From NCBI GenBank assembly GCA_041668045.1, contig JBAYDV010000001.1, forward strand, positions 16,997 through 80,996: DNA of 64,000 bases, written 5' to 3'. Source of the DNA: Bacteroidales bacterium. Lineage in GTDB: Bacteria > Bacteroidota > Bacteroidia > Bacteroidales > UBA932. How positions within the stretch are numbered: position 1 is the first letter of the stretch; every line of letters begins with the position of its first letter. The notes below the pieces were generated by a model that saw nothing but the letters and a program-made list of their open reading frames with translations, was not told the DNA's origin and ran no database searches. A program made the translations under genes and the position numbers. Below are positions 61,933-64,000 of this stretch, piece after piece.

Positions 61933-62865
61933 TTAATTTTCCGGATAAGTAGCAGATTTATTATCAACTTGATAAGTTCCAATTATACCAAGTCCATTTT
62001 CTATATTATTATAAATATTAGTAGGTTCTACTGTAAAATCGCCATCATTATAATCATAGATATCTAAAGATTTATAATAGTAATATAAATCTTGAGATAT
62101 ACTCTTAAGAGAAAAATGCACCTCTATAGGATTTTCAGAAGTTATATCATATGGATAACATATTAAATATTTCAGGGTATAATCTTTTCCATCGAATATA
62201 TCATCATTAAAAATCTGATGCATATTATCATATGAATCTATAGTACCATTATTTTTTAGCACATCATCTACTTGATAATAATAATCAAGGAATTCCCATC
62301 TTTGTCTAGTATCAAAATGATTTATCTCTTTTTCATAATAGCCATCTATCTGATAGAAATTTTTCTCTCCTTCCGGATCTTTAAAATGAATGTATGCCAC
62401 TATATACTCATTTACTCCTTCATCCTCAATATTAACCATCTCTTGCTTTAGCTCTATACTATCTATTAATGTTTTTCCGGGAAAAGAAAAACTGGCACTT
62501 GTTTTTCCATATTTAGGACTTGTTACTACTAAAGAATATGTTTCTCCTACCTTAAAATTGGGTTTTTCATTAGAAGAATACTTTTCTCTTCCATCATCAT
62601 ATGTAAAGTCTAATATTTTATTATTTGAAGAAAACACACTTATCTGAGCATCAGCATATGAATAGAAATATTTGCTTGGAATAGTTGGATTACGAGACTC
62701 TGTTAGATAAATATCTATATAATCTGTAATATTAAAAATACTATTTACCACTAATTTTTGTTTTCCATATGTTTCATCAAAGTCAATATTTTTCTTACAT
62801 GAGATGAAAAAAGTAGAAAATATCCCAACGATTATTAAAGTCAATATAAATTTATATTTTTTCAT
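61933..62865 (-). CDS. DUF4249-like lipoprotein (partner of the upstream TonB-dependent receptor)
   Basis: Lipobox FFISC. The size (310 aa) and its position directly downstream (3-nt gap) of a TonB-dependent receptor match the DUF4249 arrangement I recall as common in Bacteroidota. The family call is from memory. Confidence 0.5.
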   Translation of the reverse strand: MKKYKFILTLIIVGIFSTFFISCKKNIDFDETYGKQKLVVNSIFNITDYIDIYLTESRNPTIPSKYFYSYADAQISVFSSNNKILDFTYDDGREKYSSNEKPNFKVGETYSLVVTSPKYGKTSASFSFPGKTLIDSIELKQEMVNIEDEGVNEYIVAYIHFKDPEGEKNFYQIDGYYEKEINHFDTRQRWEFLDYYYQVDDVLKNNGTIDSYDNMHQIFNDDIFDGKDYTLKYLICYPYDITSENPIEVHFSLKSISQDLYYYYKSLDIYDYNDGDFTVEPTNIYNNIENGLGIIGTYQVDNKSATYPEN

Positions 62866-62868
62866 AAT

Positions 62869-64000
62869 TTAAAATTTAAAAGAATAAGTAACAGTAGGAA
62901 TGATTGAAAAAAGACTAAATTGTTCGAGTTGTAAATAACTTTCATTAGTATCAGTATATTTCTCATCCCAAGATAAAATAAAAGGATTCATACGATTATA
63001 TACGTTATAAATAGAAATATTCCATGTTCGTACTCCATGTTTTTTCTTTTTATGGAAATTAGCACTTAAATCTAATCGATGATAATCACCCATTTTATAA
63101 CTATTTTTTCCTCCTGTTTCCTTAACCACTTCCCCATAATAATCATTTCCTTCATAACTAGGATACTCATAAGACTGCAGAGTTATATGTTTTCCTGAAT
63201 TATATACCCAAGTAGCACCTATATCAAATTTTTCTGAAAATTTATGAGTTACTACTATATTTATATTATGTCTCCTATCATTACTTGCAGGGAAAGTTTT
63301 TCCAAAATTTAAATCATCGAAAGTTCTGTCACTTTTACTGAGAGTATAAGAAATCCAACCTGTAGTATTACCAGCCTGTTTTTCTAACTTAAATTCTATT
63401 CCATAAGACTGTCCCTCTCCTAATACTACTTTATCATCCCAAGTATTAGATATCGTACTCATAAAATTAGCACCTTCTTTGTACTCTATGAGATTTTGCA
63501 TTTTCTTATAATATCCCTCGACATTTAAAGAATAATCTTTAGTCAATGCCATATCCATTCCTAAAGCGAACTGATGTGATATAGATGGACTTAGCCTCTT
63601 GGTTACAGGAACCCATAAATCAGTCGGCATACTTAAAATAGCGGAACTCGAAAGCAGATGAACATATTGTACCATCTTCGAATAAGAAGCCTTCAAACTT
63701 AAATCATCTGATATCTTTTGTTTTAGAGATACTCGCGGTTGCAAATTTTTATACATTTTATTTTGAACATATATACCTGAATAACGTAAACCAAGATTAA
63801 CATTAGTAGAGGGAGTGAATTTAATATCATCTTCGATATAAGCTGACATCTCATTTACACCTATATTATTTTTAGGTGTACGTGATGAATAAGACTCATT
63901 TGAAGATTGATCGACTGACTTTTCATATGAGACCCCTGGTTTAAACATATGTCTTGTGTATCCAGCTCCAAAACGAATAGAATGAATAGAAGAAGGATAA
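62869..64000 (-). CDS. TonB-dependent outer-membrane receptor. The C-terminal roughly 377 codons are present and the 5' end lies outside the window.
   Basis: The frame stays open upstream of the ORF-track Met to base 63999 (...YPSSIHSIRFGAGYTRHMFKPG...). It has alternating beta-strand patterns and the terminal TVTYSFKF ends in the aromatic residue typical of outer-membrane barrels. Confidence 0.75.
   Translation of the reverse strand, partial: YPSSIHSIRFGAGYTRHMFKPGVSYEKSVDQSSNESYSSRTPKNNIGVNEMSAYIEDDIKFTPSTNVNLGLRYSGIYVQNKMYKNLQPRVSLKQKISDDLSLKASYSKMVQYVHLLSSSAILSMPTDLWVPVTKRLSPSISHQFALGMDMALTKDYSLNVEGYYKKMQNLIEYKEGANFMSTISNTWDDKVVLGEGQSYGIEFKLEKQAGNTTGWISYTLSKSDRTFDDLNFGKTFPASNDRRHNINIVVTHKFSEKFDIGATWVYNSGKHITLQSYEYPSYEGNDYYGEVVKETGGKNSYKMGDYHRLDLSANFHKKKKHGVRTWNISIYNVYNRMNPFILSWDEKYTDTNESYLQLEQFSLFSIIPTVTYSFKF

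Overview
This is a 64-kb chromosomal segment from a low-GC (about 30-33% by eye) Bacteroidota genome that looks Bacteroidales-like. Supporting signs are TAnnTTTG -7 promoter boxes before many genes, no Shine-Dalgarno sequences, lipoprotein-type glycoside hydrolases, and a TonB-dependent receptor/DUF4249 pair. About 50 tightly packed protein genes are present, and almost all are housekeeping. They comprise: a GH2 / beta-helix glycosidase / sulfatase trio; a contiguous lysine (succinylase-branch DAP) gene block behind a DPP4-type peptidase; a Wza / Wzc-type tyrosine kinase / PHP phosphatase export module; gyrA, clpC, an RluB-family pseudouridine synthase, era, parC and aroK; GH39 and GH10 enzymes; queD, polA, an ECF sigma factor, rsmG and rpmH; a PASTA protein, rluD, rsmF, pyrE, a NUDIX gene, coaD and eno; a uvrB / RelA-SpoT homolog / uvrA block; prfA; and a DUF4249 lipoprotein with a truncated TonB-dependent receptor. 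There is one tRNA (initiator tRNA-Met). Two genes are absent from the ORF track: rpmH (50 codons) and a 5'-complete GH2 gene whose 3' end runs off the left edge. I saw no rRNA, CRISPR array, integrase, transposase, phage or recognisable defence genes. I did not find a convincing new multi-gene system, and the window reads as core chromosome. The most unusual items are: (1) 13 in-frame 39-bp tandem repeats giving an Arg/Gly-rich N-terminal array on the pseudouridine synthase; (2) a (p)ppGpp synthetase homolog with a degenerate hydrolase site wedged between uvrB and uvrA; (3) a complete dapD/aminotransferase/M20 acyl-branch lysine cluster that nominates a DapC candidate; (4) a perfect 16-bp palindrome made of two opposed -7 promoter boxes between wza and an AI-2E transporter gene; (5) an ECF sigma gene starting 29 nt inside polA; (6) an uncharacterised two-domain lipoprotein gene with an elaborate repeat/palindrome upstream region. 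All functional calls rest on motif recognition and recalled family knowledge, because no searches were run.
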